Below the pieces are notes generated by a model. It saw only the letters and a program-made list of their open reading frames with translations. It did not search any database and was not told the origin of the DNA. A stretch of 32,000 bases of DNA from Opitutia bacterium KCR 482 (lineage in GTDB: Bacteria > Verrucomicrobiota > Verrucomicrobiia > Opitutales > Intestinicryptomonadaceae). The stretch's first letter is position 1, and the number at the start of each line of letters is the position of its first letter. The stretch is taken from assembly GCA_029269845.2 (NCBI GenBank), contig CP149973.1, forward strand, positions 1,470,001 through 1,502,000. Direction: 5' to 3'. The translations under genes were made by a program, and so were the position numbers. Shown here piece after piece: positions 1 to 8,182 of this stretch.

Positions 1-201
1 GTGGCGATGGGCGCGTGTGCGTGTTCGGGCGGCATGTTCCGCACTTATTCGACATTGCAGGGCGTCGATAAAATCATTCCCGTGGACGTCTACGTAGGCG
101 GCTGTCCGACCCGTCCCGAAGCCCTGCTCGATGCGCTCGTTTCGCTTCAAAACAAAATCCGCGACGACCATTCCGCAAGGGAACTTTTCGCAAAACAATA
201 G
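1..201 (+). CDS. nuoB: NADH-quinone oxidoreductase subunit B, C-terminal part (5' end lies outside the window; the GTG at 1 is an internal Val codon)
   Basis: Translation [12 protein letters not shown]...[16 protein letters not shown] carries the conserved NuoB/Nqo6 Cys-containing motifs for cluster N2. It is followed directly by nuoC. Confidence 0.9.
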   Translation: MAMGACACSGGMFRTYSTLQGVDKIIPVDVYVGGCPTRPEALLDALVSLQNKIRDDHSARELFAKQ

Positions 202-209
202 GGTTCGAT

Positions 210-821
210 ATGGAAAAAGAAAAAATACTTTCCGAACTGCCGTTTCTGACGGAGCGCAAAAGCGCGGACGGAATGCCCTCGTTCGACTGCCGCCCCGAAG
301 ACCTCGTAAAAGCCGCGCAGGTTCTGCGCGACAAATTCGAATTCCAGAGCCTCAACGACATTTCCGCGGTCGATTTCGGCGCGAACCTCGCAAGCCGCCG
401 CTTCGGCGCGGTCTACCATTTCTTCTCGCACACGCAAAAATGCTATCTGCGCTTGGCCGTCGTCTGCGAAAGCGCGGAAGAGCCTAAACTGCCGTCGCTC
501 TGCCCCGTGTTCAAGGGGGCGGACTGGCTCGAACGCGAGGCGTTCGACATGATGGGAATCGTTTTCGAGGGGCACCCGCGCCTTGCGAGAATCCTCATGT
601 GGGACTCGTACCCGTGGCACCCGCTCCGCAAAGACTTTCCCCTCGAAGGCAGGGAAGCCCCGCTTCCGCCGACTTTCGAGGGCAACGAAAACGCGACGAA
701 AGTCGTGCCCGCGCCCGAAGAGGGCGGGCCTTTCCATTCGCCGTCGGGCGGCGTGAAGTTCGTCGCCCAAAAAGAGCCGCGTAGCCGCAGAACGCAGCGC
801 GACTCTTCCGACAACATTTAA
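210..821 (+). CDS. nuoC: NADH-quinone oxidoreductase subunit C (30 kDa subunit)
   Basis: 203-aa ORF. The motif GADWLEREAFDMMGIVFEGHPRLARIL is typical of NuoC, and the gene sits between nuoB and nuoD. Confidence 0.9.
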   Translation: MEKEKILSELPFLTERKSADGMPSFDCRPEDLVKAAQVLRDKFEFQSLNDISAVDFGANLASRRFGAVYHFFSHTQKCYLRLAVVCESAEEPKLPSLCPVFKGADWLEREAFDMMGIVFEGHPRLARILMWDSYPWHPLRKDFPLEGREAPLPPTFEGNENATKVVPAPEEGGPFHSPSGGVKFVAQKEPRSRRTQRDSSDNI

Positions 822-834
822 GCCCTTTCAAGAG

Positions 835-2052
835 ATGGAAAAAGAATTCACATATCCCGAACCCGCGTCGCTTGCGGAGGACAGACTCGGCGAAAAAATG
901 ATTGTAAACATCGGGCCGTCGCACCCCGCAACCCACGGCGTGCTGCGCATGAAGCTCGAACTTGACGGCGACCTCATCACCCGCGCCGACCCGATTGTCG
1001 GACAGCTCCACAGGGGGCAGGAGAAAGTCGCCGAAAACCTCACCTACAACCAGTTCATTCCCTTTACCGACAGGCTCGACTACCTTGCGCCGATGTGCAA
1101 CAACATCGCATTCGCCCTTTGCGTCGAGAAAATCGCGGGAATCGAGATAACCGAACGCTGCAAGGCAATCCGCGTTATCTGCTGCGAGCTTTCGCGCATA
1201 GCAAGCCACTTGGTCGGCCTTGCCGCCTACGGCATGGACGCCGGCTCGTGGACGGTCTTCATGTACTGCTTCACCCAGCGCGAAAAGCTGATGACGCTTT
1301 TCGAACAGCTCACGGGCGCGCGCATGACGTCCTCGTACGCGAGAATCGGCGGGCTTGCGCGCGACATTCCCGACGGCTGGCTCGGCAACGTAAACGCGTT
1401 CGCAAACCAGTTTCTGCCCGCGCTCGACGAAATCGACGCGCTGATTACGCGCAACAAAATCTTCGTGGACCGCGCCGCGGGAATCGGCGTTGTCAGCGCG
1501 GAGCAGGCTATGCAGTGGGGGCTTACGGGCGCGAACCTCAGGGGCAGCGGCGTCGCCGACGACCTCCGCAAAGACCTTCCCTACCTCGGCTACGAAAACT
1601 ACGAGTTCGACGTCCCCATCGGCGTCCACGGCGACTGCTACGACCGCTGGCTTGTCCGCATAGAGGAAATGCGCCAGAGTATCCGCATCGTTCGTCAGGC
1701 GATAGAAAAAATGCCCGACGGCGCGGTGAACATTTCCGACCCGAAAATAGTCCTGCCCAAAAAGGACAAGGTTTTGCGCGACATGGAGGATTTGATTAAC
1801 AACTTCGTCCTCACAACGCAAGGCCCCGACATTCCCGCGGGCGAGGCGTACTTCGAGGCGGAAAACCCCAAAGGCGCGCTCGGTTTCTTCGTGATGTCGA
1901 AAGGCGGCGGAGTTCCGTACAGGGTGAAGGTGCGCGCGCCGTCGTTCGTGAGCCTCTCGGCGATGCAGGAAATTCTGCCGGGGCACCACATGAGCGACAT
2001 GGCGGTAATTTTAGGCTCGTTCGACTTCGTTCTCGGCGAGTGCGACAGGTAA
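835..2052 (+). CDS. nuoD: NADH-quinone oxidoreductase subunit D (49 kDa subunit)
   Basis: 405 aa. NIGPSHPATHGVLR near the N-terminus and a C-terminal RAPSF...DFVLGECDR are both NuoD hallmarks. Confidence 0.95.
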   Translation: MEKEFTYPEPASLAEDRLGEKMIVNIGPSHPATHGVLRMKLELDGDLITRADPIVGQLHRGQEKVAENLTYNQFIPFTDRLDYLAPMCNNIAFALCVEKIAGIEITERCKAIRVICCELSRIASHLVGLAAYGMDAGSWTVFMYCFTQREKLMTLFEQLTGARMTSSYARIGGLARDIPDGWLGNVNAFANQFLPALDEIDALITRNKIFVDRAAGIGVVSAEQAMQWGLTGANLRGSGVADDLRKDLPYLGYENYEFDVPIGVHGDCYDRWLVRIEEMRQSIRIVRQAIEKMPDGAVNISDPKIVLPKKDKVLRDMEDLINNFVLTTQGPDIPAGEAYFEAENPKGALGFFVMSKGGGVPYRVKVRAPSFVSLSAMQEILPGHHMSDMAVILGSFDFVLGECDR

Positions 2053-2070
2053 TTTTTTTAGGAGCTGAAA

Positions 2071-2622
2071 ATGGAAATCAATTCGGAATTGGAAGCCAAG
2101 TGCGACGCGATTATCGCGCAGTATCCGCAAAAGCGGTCGGCTGCGATGATTGTAATGCACCTCATTCAGGAGACATTCGGATATTTCGACGACTCCGCAA
2201 TCAAGTTCGCGGCGGGCAAGCTCGGCGTCGAACCCGTTGACGTCTACGGAATGCTCTCGTTCTACCCGATGTATTCGCAGGAGCCGCGCGGGCGAATCCA
2301 CATAAAAGTGTGCCGCACGCTCTCGTGCGCGATGGCGGGCTCTGTAAAGCTCGGGCACGAATTGGCGAAGCGCATAGGCTGCCCCGTCGGCGAAACGCGC
2401 GGAATCTACACGCTCGAATTTGTGGAATGTCTGGGCAACTGCGTGAAAGGCCCGAACGTTCAGGTTAACGACAAGCTTTTCGAGAGGGTAGTGCCCGAAG
2501 ACGCCGAAAAATTCGTCGAAAAACTCGGCGAGCTTGACAAAAACGGAGAACTTGACCCGAAGTCGGCTTTCGACGCCCCGCAGGGCGGCGGAGATTTCAA
2601 TTCACCCGCATACAAAGGCTAA
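2071..2622 (+). CDS. nuoE: NADH-quinone oxidoreductase subunit E (24 kDa, 2Fe-2S)
   Basis: 183 aa. The Cys pattern VCRTLSC...ECLGNC is NuoE/thioredoxin-like ferredoxin. A GGAG lies 8 nt upstream of the ATG. Confidence 0.9.
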   Translation: MEINSELEAKCDAIIAQYPQKRSAAMIVMHLIQETFGYFDDSAIKFAAGKLGVEPVDVYGMLSFYPMYSQEPRGRIHIKVCRTLSCAMAGSVKLGHELAKRIGCPVGETRGIYTLEFVECLGNCVKGPNVQVNDKLFERVVPEDAEKFVEKLGELDKNGELDPKSAFDAPQGGGDFNSPAYKG

Positions 2623-2625
2623 ACA

Positions 2626-3990
2626 ATGGCTGCCGAACAAACACGAATCATTTACGAGCACATCGACTTGGAGGGCTGGAATACCTCGGTCGAAAAATAC
2701 GTCTCGGCGGGCGGGTACAGAATTCTGTCCGAAACCGTCAAGCGCAATCCCGCCGACCTCTGCGCGGAAATGCTGAAATCGAACCTGCGCGGACGCGGCG
2801 GGGCGGGATTTCCAATTGGAATGAAGTGGAAATTCATAGACCGCAAAAGCGGAAAGCCAGTGTACCTCATCGCGAACGCCGACGAATCCGAACCCGGGAC
2901 GTGCAAAGACAGGCTCGTAATCTATCAGGACCCCCACAAGCTCATAGAGGGCATGATGTGCGCCGCATACGCAATCGGCGCGGCGCAGGCGTTCATTTAT
3001 ATTAGAGGCGAGTACATCAACGGATACCGCGTTTTAATCAAGGCAATCGAAGAGGCGAAAGCCAAAAACTTCGTCGGCAAAAACATCTGCGGAAGCGGCT
3101 ACTCCTGCGAGCTTACCGTTTGCCGCGGCGCGGGCTGCTACGTCTGCGGCGAGGAAACGGGGCTTATACAGTCGCTTGCGGGAAAGCGCGCAAACCCGCG
3201 CATCAAGCCGCCGTACTTCCCCGCGGTCATGGGGCTTTACGACTGCCCGACGGTCGTCAACAACGTGGAGTCGCTCTGCTGGGTGCCCGTGGTTTTCGAC
3301 AAGGGCGGCGAATACGTCTCGAAGCTCGGCGCGCCCGCCGACCCCGGCACGCACGTCTGGGGCGTCAGCGGGCTTGTCCAGAAGCCCGGCCGCTACGAAA
3401 TCCTCACAGGCTCGTGCACGCTCGGCGAACTTCTCTACGACCTCTGCGGCGGCCCGCTCGCGGGGCGCAGGTTCAAGGCGGTTATCCCGGGCGGCTCGTC
3501 GATGAAAATCCTCAAATGGGACGACAAATATAAAATCACAAACCCCGACGGCTCGATAACCGAAATGCGCACGGAGGACATTCCCCTCGACGCCGTTTCG
3601 TTTCAAAAATGCGGAACGGCAATCGGCTCTTGCGGCATAATCGTCATGGACAACACAATCGACATGGCGGAGGCTCTCGCGAACCTGTGCCAGTTCTACG
3701 CGCACGAAAGCTGCGGACAGTGCACCCCCTGCCGCGAAGGCACCCAGTGGCTCGCGCGGATTTCGCGCCGCATCTGCGAGGGCTGGGGACGCAAAGAGGA
3801 CGTCGAACTTCTCAAAAGCGTCGCCGACAACATCTGCGGACGCACGATTTGCGCCCTCGGCGAAGGTTCGGCGTGGCCGGTGCAAAGCAACGTCGGCAAG
3901 TTCAAAGAGGAATACTACGAGAAAATCCGCCGTCAGGAGACCGTCGGAGGTCAGGCGAGGGCGGACAACAACGCATACAGGCTCATTTAG
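2626..3990 (+). CDS. nuoF: NADH-quinone oxidoreductase subunit F (51 kDa, FMN/NADH-binding, 4Fe-4S)
   Basis: 454 aa. Contains GRGGAGFP (FMN site), NADESEPGT and ESCGQCTPCREG (N3 cluster motif). Confidence 0.95.
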   Translation: MAAEQTRIIYEHIDLEGWNTSVEKYVSAGGYRILSETVKRNPADLCAEMLKSNLRGRGGAGFPIGMKWKFIDRKSGKPVYLIANADESEPGTCKDRLVIYQDPHKLIEGMMCAAYAIGAAQAFIYIRGEYINGYRVLIKAIEEAKAKNFVGKNICGSGYSCELTVCRGAGCYVCGEETGLIQSLAGKRANPRIKPPYFPAVMGLYDCPTVVNNVESLCWVPVVFDKGGEYVSKLGAPADPGTHVWGVSGLVQKPGRYEILTGSCTLGELLYDLCGGPLAGRRFKAVIPGGSSMKILKWDDKYKITNPDGSITEMRTEDIPLDAVSFQKCGTAIGSCGIIVMDNTIDMAEALANLCQFYAHESCGQCTPCREGTQWLARISRRICEGWGRKEDVELLKSVADNICGRTICALGEGSAWPVQSNVGKFKEEYYEKIRRQETVGGQARADNNAYRLI

Positions 3991-3992
3991 CG

Positions 3993-5669
3993 ATGGACAA
4001 GAAAACCGTAAACGTAAACATAAACGGCACAGACTACACCGTCGAAGCGGGGCGCAATGTCCTCGAAACGTGCCGAAGCTTGGGAATCGAAATTCCGTTC
4101 TTTTGCTACCACCCGAATTTGAAGGTTGCGGGTTCGTGCAGAATGTGCCTTGTGTACACGGGCATGCCCGCGCGCGACAGGGCGACGGGCGAACTCATTA
4201 AAAATCCCGACGGCTCGCAGAAAATAGCGTGGGCGCCCAAGCCGTCGATTTCCTGCGGAACGAACGTCGCCGAGGGCATGCACGTCATCACCGACAGCGA
4301 CGCCGTGAAGGACTGCCGCAGAAGCGTCCTCGAATTCCTTTTGCTCAACCACCCGCTCGACTGCCCCATCTGCGACAAGGCGGGCGAATGCAAACTCCAA
4401 GAGTACACGCACGCGTACGGCAACGCGGAATCGAGGTATGTTGAGCGCAAAAACGTAAAGCCCAAAAAGGTCGATGTCGCGGGGAAAATCATGCTCGACG
4501 CCGAACGCTGCATTCAGTGCTCGCGCTGTATCCGCTTCTGCAACGAATTCATAGGGCACAGCATTTTCGGCTTCACGAAGCGCGGCTCGAAAACCGAAAT
4601 TTCGGTCTATCCCGAAACGGACAACGACAGCAACTATTTGATTAACGTCTCCGACGGCTGTCCCGTGGGCGCTCTCACCGAAAAGGCGTTCCGCTTCAAG
4701 ATGAGAACGTGGTTCTTGAAGACCACCGACAGCATTTGCGCCGAAAGCAGCGCGGGCGCCAACACGCGCGTGTGGTCGCGCAACGGAGAAATCTACCGCA
4801 TCACCCCGCGCCGCAACGACGCCGTCAACGACATGTTCATGAGCGATTCGGGCAGGTACGTTTTCCGCCGCTTCAAGCAGGAAAACAGGCTCGCCCGCGC
4901 GCGCATAGACTCGTCGCCGTGCGAGCTTTCCTACGCGGCGGACAGGTGCGTTGAAATTCTCAAACTCGGGAAAGTGGCGATTGTCGCAAACGCGTGGCAG
5001 ACGCTCGAAGAGCAGTACGCCATTGCGGAGCTTGCAAAGGCGTGCAAGGCGGAAGTCTTCATTGCCTCGCATACCGACGACGACGACGGCAAGCTCGTTT
5101 CCGCCGACCGCACGCCCAACATGCGCGGCGCGTTCATCACGGGCTTGACAAAAGCATATCCGCCGTCCGACCTCTCCGACCTCGTGCTGAAAATCCGCGC
5201 GGGCGATGTGAAGACGGTTCTTTGCTTCCGCGAAAACTTGCAGGCTTTGGGCTTCGACGCAAAGGATTTCAAGTCGGCGAACGTCGTCTACTGCGGCGCG
5301 CTCGAAAACGAAACGAGTGCGGCGGCGAAAATCTGCGTTCCGCTCCGAAGCGAATTCGAAAAGCGCGGGCTGTGGGTCAACCGCCAGTTCCGCGTACAGA
5401 AATTCGAAAAGGCGGTCGAGCCGCAAAAGGGCACGATTGACGACCTCGAATTTATAATGTCGCTTTTGCGCGACCTCACGGGGGCGTCGTTCGCGATTCC
5501 GTCGGTGGACGAAATCCGCCGCGTAATGGCGTCGAAGATTCCCGCGCTTGCGGACTGCGCCGAGGTGGGTTCGCAGGGCAGGCAGATTGACGGCTCGGCG
5601 TTTGCGGACGTGGACTTTCCCGAAGCCGACGCAATCCACTTTACTAAAAACCAGCACGCCAAGGATTGA
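3993..5669 (+). CDS. nuoG: NADH-quinone oxidoreductase subunit G (75 kDa family, short 558-aa form)
   Basis: The ATG at 3993 is in frame within track ORF 3609..5669 and lies 2 nt after the nuoF stop. The N-terminus MDKKTVNVNINGTDY...FCYHPNLKVAGSCRMC is the 2Fe-2S motif. HPLDCPICDKAGEC and CIQCSRCIRFC are 4Fe-4S motifs. The upstream 128 codons of the track ORF overlap nuoF out of frame and are Arg-rich junk. Confidence 0.9.
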   Translation: MDKKTVNVNINGTDYTVEAGRNVLETCRSLGIEIPFFCYHPNLKVAGSCRMCLVYTGMPARDRATGELIKNPDGSQKIAWAPKPSISCGTNVAEGMHVITDSDAVKDCRRSVLEFLLLNHPLDCPICDKAGECKLQEYTHAYGNAESRYVERKNVKPKKVDVAGKIMLDAERCIQCSRCIRFCNEFIGHSIFGFTKRGSKTEISVYPETDNDSNYLINVSDGCPVGALTEKAFRFKMRTWFLKTTDSICAESSAGANTRVWSRNGEIYRITPRRNDAVNDMFMSDSGRYVFRRFKQENRLARARIDSSPCELSYAADRCVEILKLGKVAIVANAWQTLEEQYAIAELAKACKAEVFIASHTDDDDGKLVSADRTPNMRGAFITGLTKAYPPSDLSDLVLKIRAGDVKTVLCFRENLQALGFDAKDFKSANVVYCGALENETSAAAKICVPLRSEFEKRGLWVNRQFRVQKFEKAVEPQKGTIDDLEFIMSLLRDLTGASFAIPSVDEIRRVMASKIPALADCAEVGSQGRQIDGSAFADVDFPEADAIHFTKNQHAKD

Positions 5670-5672
5670 TTT

Positions 5673-6797
5673 ATGGATACGCTTTCGAACATTCCCGTTT
5701 TTGCCGACGCGCAGTGGTGCGCAATCGCGACGGACATCGCATTCAAGGTGCTGTGCAGCCTGGGGGCAATAATGCTCGTGATGTGCTTCGCGGGGCTTAG
5801 CGTTGTCGCCGAAAGAAAGGTCTGCGCGTACATTCAGGGCAGATTCGGCCCGAACCGCACGGCGATTCCCATTGTTGCTGCGGTTCCGCTTGTTGGCAAC
5901 TTTCTGAAAAAGAACGGGCTTATGCAGCTCGTTGCGGACGGGCTCAAATTCCTGCTGAAAGAAGACCCTCTTCCGAAGCACGTCAACAAGTTTTGGTATA
6001 TGGCAGCTCCCGTAATCGCGCTTTCGCCCGTGCTCATCGCCGCGTGCGTTGTCCCGTTCGGCGCGTATTGGAGCGACGGTCAGCTCTGTCCGCTCTCCGC
6101 GGCGGACATCGACGTAAGCCTCGTCTTCGCGCTCGCAATCGGCTCTCTTGGCGTGTACGGCGCGCTCATGGCGGGCTGGTCGTCGAACAGCAAATTCCCC
6201 TACATGGGCGCGATGAGGGCTTCGGCGCAGGTGGTAAGCTACGAGCTTGCGATGGGGCTTTCGGTTCTGCCCGTGGTTATGTGGGTTGCGCGAAACTCCG
6301 ACAGCCCCCTGAGCCTTTTCGAAATCGCGCGCGCGCAGCAGAACGTGTGGTTCTGCCTCTTGCAGCCCGTGTCGGCGTTCCTGTTCCTCGTCGCGCTCTT
6401 CGCCGAAACGAACAGGCTTCCCTTCGATATGGCGGAAAGCGAAACCGACCTCGTCAGCGGATACCACACCGAATACGGCAGCTTCAAATTCGGGCTGTTC
6501 TTCGTGGGCGAATATGGGCACATGGTGCTTGGGTCGTCGCTGTTCATAGTGCTGTTCCTCGGCGGCTGGAATCCGCTTCCGGGGGTGGCGTGGCCCGAAT
6601 TTTGGGGCTGGGTCGGGGCGGTGATGTCGCTGCTTACGTTCATCGTGAAAATCGCGGCAATGCTCTTCTTCTTTATCTGGGTTCGCTGGACTCTTCCGCG
6701 TTTCAGGTACGACCAAGTCATGCGGCTGGGCTGGAAGGCTCTTGTGCCGCTTGCGCTCGCGAACTTCGTGGCATACCTGCTGATTATGTCTTTCTAA
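5673..6797 (+). CDS. nuoH: NADH-quinone oxidoreductase subunit H (ND1 homolog)
   Basis: 374 aa, polytopic membrane protein. AERKVCAYIQGRFGPNR and ETNRLPFDMAESETDLVSGYHTEYG are NuoH signatures. Confidence 0.95.
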   Translation: MDTLSNIPVFADAQWCAIATDIAFKVLCSLGAIMLVMCFAGLSVVAERKVCAYIQGRFGPNRTAIPIVAAVPLVGNFLKKNGLMQLVADGLKFLLKEDPLPKHVNKFWYMAAPVIALSPVLIAACVVPFGAYWSDGQLCPLSAADIDVSLVFALAIGSLGVYGALMAGWSSNSKFPYMGAMRASAQVVSYELAMGLSVLPVVMWVARNSDSPLSLFEIARAQQNVWFCLLQPVSAFLFLVALFAETNRLPFDMAESETDLVSGYHTEYGSFKFGLFFVGEYGHMVLGSSLFIVLFLGGWNPLPGVAWPEFWGWVGAVMSLLTFIVKIAAMLFFFIWVRWTLPRFRYDQVMRLGWKALVPLALANFVAYLLIMSF

Positions 6798-6815
6798 ATT
6801 TCAACGGATAAATCT

Positions 6816-7352
6816 ATGGCTATCGTAGTCGAAAGAAAACGCCTGAGCTTTTGGGAAAAACTCTATTTGCCCCAAATAGTTTCGGGTCTGTTTATAACGT
6901 TCAAAAACATATTCAAGCCGCGCGTTACGCTGGAATATCCCGACCAGTCGCCCGTGCTTCCCGTGGGATACCGCGGCGCACCGACGCTCGTGAAGGATTC
7001 GCAGGGGCGCGAAAAATGCGTGTCGTGCCAGCTTTGCGAATTCGTCTGCCCTTCGAAGGCAATCCGCGTCTTCCCCGGCCCGATTCCCGAAGACAGCGAG
7101 TACGCGTACATAGAAAAAGCCCCGCAGGATTTCCAAATCAACATGCTCCGCTGCATATTCTGCGGGCTTTGTCAGGAAGTCTGCCCCGAAAAGGCGATTG
7201 TACTGCAAAACGAATTTTCCATAAACGGCTATACGCGCGAGGAATTTATCCGCCACAAGGCCGACCTCTACGCGGCGGGAGGCGTCCTGCCCGACAAGAT
7301 TATGAAGTGGAAAAAAGTCAAGGACAACGCAGAATTCGGAGGAAGAAAATAA
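6816..7352 (+). CDS. nuoI: NADH-quinone oxidoreductase subunit I (2x 4Fe-4S ferredoxin)
   Basis: 178 aa. Carries two CxxCxxCxxxCP motifs (CVSCQLCEFVCP and CIFCGLCQEVCP). Confidence 0.95.
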   Translation: MAIVVERKRLSFWEKLYLPQIVSGLFITFKNIFKPRVTLEYPDQSPVLPVGYRGAPTLVKDSQGREKCVSCQLCEFVCPSKAIRVFPGPIPEDSEYAYIEKAPQDFQINMLRCIFCGLCQEVCPEKAIVLQNEFSINGYTREEFIRHKADLYAAGGVLPDKIMKWKKVKDNAEFGGRK

Positions 7353-7858
7353 TGGAAGACATTATGTATTACATTTTCTGCGGCTTGTGCCTCGGCGGCG
7401 CGGTCGGCGTGCTTACGGTTCGCGGATACGTCAATCAGGCGATGTCGATGCTTGCGTCGATTCTCGGCGCGGCGGGGCTTCTGCTACTGATGAAAGCGTA
7501 CTTCTTGGCGTTCGTGCTCGTAATGGTCTACGCGGGCGCGGTTCTGGTCTTGTTCGTGTTCGTCGTAATGCTCATAGGCGACAAGCGCGACGGCGCGGGC
7601 TGGATAAAGCGCGGCGTTCTGCTGCTGCTCTGGGCGGCGGTGCTCGCGCTCATAGGAGTTTTCGAACCGCAGATTCTGCGCGGCTGCGCGGGCGCAGATA
7701 CGGCGCAGGCGGGCATTCCCGCGGTGTCGGCGGCGAAAAACTACGGCATTGCGCTCTTCACAACTTTTATGCTGCCGTTCGAAATTGCGGGAATCACGCT
7801 CTTGGCGGCGATGGTCGGGGTAATCGCGATAGCAAAACACCGCGACGGAAGGAAATAG
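7352..7858 (+). CDS. nuoJ: NADH-quinone oxidoreductase subunit J (ND6 homolog)
   Basis: The ATG at 7352 overlaps the nuoI stop (TAATG) and is in frame within track ORF 6851..7858. The 168-aa hydrophobic protein has FMLPFEIAGITLLAAMVG, typical of NuoJ. The start could instead be the ATG at 7364. Confidence 0.85.
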   Translation: MEDIMYYIFCGLCLGGAVGVLTVRGYVNQAMSMLASILGAAGLLLLMKAYFLAFVLVMVYAGAVLVLFVFVVMLIGDKRDGAGWIKRGVLLLLWAAVLALIGVFEPQILRGCAGADTAQAGIPAVSAAKNYGIALFTTFMLPFEIAGITLLAAMVGVIAIAKHRDGRK

Positions 7859-7872
7859 AAAGGGACTTTTTT

Positions 7873-8178
7873 ATGGAACACACTTTGCACCAGTTTTTGT
7901 TTCCCGCGTTGGCTCTTTTTGCGACGGGTCTTCTCGGCGTGATGTTCAAGCGGAATTTGATTACAATCTTCATGTGCGTGGAGTTCATGCTGCTGGGCGC
8001 GATGCTCGCGTTCGCGGCGTTCGCTTCGGCTTACAACGACATGGACGGCGCGGTTTTCGCGTTCTTCGTGCTCGCGATAGCGGCGTCGGAAGTGGCGGTG
8101 GGGCTTGCGATAATCACGCGACTGTTCGCCCTCGAAAACACGGTCTCGACGAAACACCTCAACACTCTCGGAGACTAA
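7873..8178 (+). CDS. nuoK: NADH-quinone oxidoreductase subunit K (ND4L homolog)
   Basis: The ATG at 7873 is in frame within track ORF 7387..8178. The 101-aa product has three TM helices, ends with AASEVAVGLAII, and sits in the expected operon position. Confidence 0.9.
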   Translation: MEHTLHQFLFPALALFATGLLGVMFKRNLITIFMCVEFMLLGAMLAFAAFASAYNDMDGAVFAFFVLAIAASEVAVGLAIITRLFALENTVSTKHLNTLGD

Positions 8179-8182
8179 TAAA

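Noticed and set aside
3609-3992. N-terminal extensions of track ORFs: nuoG from 3609, nuoJ from 6851, nuoK from 7387, tuf from 24613, the exonuclease from 19362, and the SGNH protein up to 22153.
   Set aside because: The extensions overlap the preceding gene out of frame, or in the tuf case read through tRNA-Thr. They are Arg/Pro-rich nonsense, and a conserved N-terminus begins at an internal ATG placed right after the upstream gene's stop.
4140-4260. 35-residue spacing between the third and fourth Cys of the NuoG 2Fe-2S (N1b) motif. At first this looked like a novel insertion relative to the C-x13-C spacing in mitochondria.
   Set aside because: From memory, Thermus thermophilus Nqo3 ligates N1b with Cys34, Cys45, Cys48 and Cys83, which is a comparably long spacing. 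This is a known bacterial variant, not a novelty.
3987-6716. 909-aa minus-strand ORF antisense to nuoG and nuoH. Similar long antisense ORFs occur at 595-1989, 8465-10015, 13541-14884, 16963-19023, 24730-25815 and 28930-31833 (967 aa, opposite rplL and rpoB).
   Set aside because: Each lies exactly opposite a confidently identified conserved gene. The translations are low-complexity and rich in Arg, Ala, Val, Glu and His, with no recognisable motifs, signal peptides or RBS. In GC-rich genes with strong codon bias the antisense frame is depleted of stop codons, so these are shadow ORFs rather than an overlapping-gene system.
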